This document shows, in pieces, positions 62,197-64,000 of a DNA stretch of 64,000 nucleotides. The stretch lies in the NCBI GenBank assembly GCA_047459655.1, contig JAJREF010000001.1, forward strand, positions 264,219 to 328,218, given 5' to 3'. Source of the stretch: Rhabdochlamydiaceae bacterium (lineage in GTDB: Bacteria > Chlamydiota > Chlamydiia > Chlamydiales > Rhabdochlamydiaceae). Under the pieces are notes generated by a model that worked only from the letters and a program-made list of their open reading frames with translations, searched no databases and had not been told where the DNA came from. The first letter of the stretch is position 1. The number at the start of each line of letters is the position of its first letter. Both the position numbers and the translations under genes were made by a program.

Positions 62197-64000
62197 ATGC
62201 AAAAAACATATCCTTGTGGACTTTGGCCTTCTTCTATCACAACTGCCATGGTTACCTCTGCACAAAAGCGCTTTGACAACATCGTGATCGACAATGGAGA
62301 AATCTATTGGAGTGAAATGCGCCCAACAGAGGGTGGAAGATGTGTCATTGTCAAAAGAGCAAAAGATGGGAAAATCGAAGATGTTCTACCTCCTCCCTAC
62401 AGCGCGCGCTCAAGGGTTCACGAATATGGCGGATTATCATTTGCTGTAGGACAAGGAGCTGTCTATTTTGTAAACGACAAAGACCAACGCATCTACATCA
62501 AAGACAAACCCCTGACAGAAGCAGGCACTCGATTTGCAGATCTTCGAGTTGTAGGCAAACATCTCATTGCAGTTGGGGAAAAGGGAAAGATAACTTCCTT
62601 GCTGCTATTGATATTAGCACAGGCAAACACGAGATCATAGCCTCAGGAAAAGATTTTTATGCCTCCCCTGAATTAAGCCCCGATGGAAAAAAACTCGCTT
62701 TTTTGACCTGGAGCTGCGCTCGCATGCCATGGGATGGCAGTGATTTATGGGTAGGGGATTTTCAAGAGGCTCATCTATCAAATATGCAACAAGTCGCTGG
62801 CAGTGAGACAGAATCGATTTTCCAGCCTCAGTGGTCTCCTCAAGGAATATTACATTTCATCTCTGACAAATCAGGATTTTGGAATTTATATAAATTAGGA
62901 AAAGAGGGCGTAGAAGCTATTTGTCCTAAAAAGGCAGAGTTCGGATTGCCTCAGTGGGTCTTTGGACTTTCTACCTATGCTTTTTTAGGAGATCAAATCT
63001 TAGCCACTTATGAAGAAAAAGGGGTTTGGCAGGTAGCCACTCTCCCTCCTTTTAAAAAACTAGAGATCCCAGGAAGTTATTTCTCTCAGATTAAAATCCA
63101 AGATGGGCACATCGCTTTTATTCAAGGCTCTTTTTCAGAAGGCAAATCGATTGCTTATCTCCCCCTTCCAACCGTTGACTTCTGAAAGCATTCAGACGCT
63201 TTCTCACAACCGAGTTCCCCATCTAGATAAGAAAGACTTTTCTATCCCTCAATTCATCTCTTTTCCTAGCAACAACGGAAGAGTCGTCCACGGATTTTAC
63301 TATCCTCCTGCTAACCAAAACTTCAAGCTTCGGCCTGAAGAGCTGCCACCTCTCATTGTCAAAACGCACGGAGGCCCCACAGGATGTGCCCCCAATACCT
63401 TTGATCTTAAAATCCAATACTGGACAAATAGAGGGTTTGCCATACTCGATGTTGACTACAGTGGAAGTACGGGCTATGGAAAAGCCTACAGAGATCTACT
63501 CAAGGGAAACTGGGGTATCGTCGATGTGGAAGATTGTGAGGCGGGCGCTAAATTTTTGATCGAACAGAAACTTGCAGACCCCCAGAAGCTTGCCATCACC
63601 GGAGGGAGTGCAGGAGGTTTTACAACACTTGCCGCTCTTACCTTTGGAAAGATGTTCACGGTGGGAGCTAGCTACTACGGCGTCTCAGACCTCTCTCTTT
63701 TAGCCAATGAAACCCACAAGGCAGAATCCCACTACCTTGATCAACTGATTGCTCCTTATCCAGAGAAAAAGAGATCTACGATGCTAGATCCCCTATCTTC
63801 TCCGTTGATAAACTCCACTGCCCCGTTATTTTTTTCAAGGCCTTGAAGACAAAGTTGTCCCTCCGAACCAAGCAGAAAAAATGTATACCGCCTTAAGAAA
63901 GCACGGCATTCATACAGAGCTCATCATGTATGAAGGAGAGCAGCACGGTTTTCGCAAAGCAGAAAATATCCGAGACTCTCTTGAAAAAGAACTCGCCTTT
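62197..64000 (+). CDS. S9-family serine peptidase (prolyl oligopeptidase / acylaminoacyl-peptidase-like), runs off the right edge; frame broken at least 3 times
   Basis: The beta-propeller part is in ORFs 62197..62640 and 62340..63185 ([19 protein letters not shown]). The hydrolase part is in 63103..63846, with the nucleophile motif ITGGSAGGF. The final frame reads [12 protein letters not shown]. Confidence 0.8.

Noticed and set aside
1-64000. Programmed ribosomal frameshifting or genuine mass pseudogenisation as the explanation for the broken genes.
   Set aside because: There are too many sites and they lack a shared slippery-heptamer or structure context. They cluster in simple homopolymers, essential genes are affected, and downstream motifs are intact. 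Assembly indels are the simpler explanation, though this is unproven without the reads.

Overview
This 64-kb chromosomal window looks like it comes from an environmental chlamydia-like bacterium (order Chlamydiales). That placement is an inference from gene content: a fused aroD-aroE, a Pkn1-type kinase-FGE fusion, RNase HIII, GatCAB, a DhnA-type class I aldolase, a short RodZ, a MOMP-like porin, and several Inc-like membrane ORFs behind AT-rich leaders. GC is roughly 40% by eye. I can support about 60 protein genes and 2 tRNAs (Pro-UGG, Leu-UAG). I found no rRNA, CRISPR array or prophage.

Recognisable blocks:
- pgi, tRNA-Pro and trmB
- tolQ and tolR
- glmS
- an OTU-protease candidate effector next to a ~1150-codon AsmA/TamB-like gene
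- a minus-strand FKBP-aroA-aroK-aroC-aroB-aroDE operon
- rluA-family gene and tpx
- pkn1-like kinase, a DUF255 thioredoxin-domain gene and rodZ
- rnhC
- an IS4 (Tn5-like) transposase next to a eukaryotic-like kinase
- gatCAB
- a tolC-MFP-RND efflux operon
- a porin gene and xerD
- an MGDG-synthase-like glycosyltransferase
- an S9 peptidase gene

Two properties stand out.
1. About 23 genes, many of them essential (glmS, gatA, aroA/B/C, pgi), have broken reading frames. Eight junctions I traced fall in homopolymer runs, so I read most breaks as assembly indels rather than genome decay.
2. The intergenic DNA carries three families of short palindromic MITE-like elements.
   - A 162-bp family has 4 full copies and at least 4 fragments, each full copy flanked by a 4-bp direct repeat.
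   - A 163-bp element sits exactly in the ATGA stop/start overlap between the tolC-like and MFP genes.
   - A 130-bp element has perfect 49-bp arms, plus a 69-bp deletion derivative.
   - All three have similar G(G/A)(A/G)ACCT termini, and no matching transposase is in the window.

The repeat system and the candidate effector and Inc-like genes are the parts most worth follow-up.
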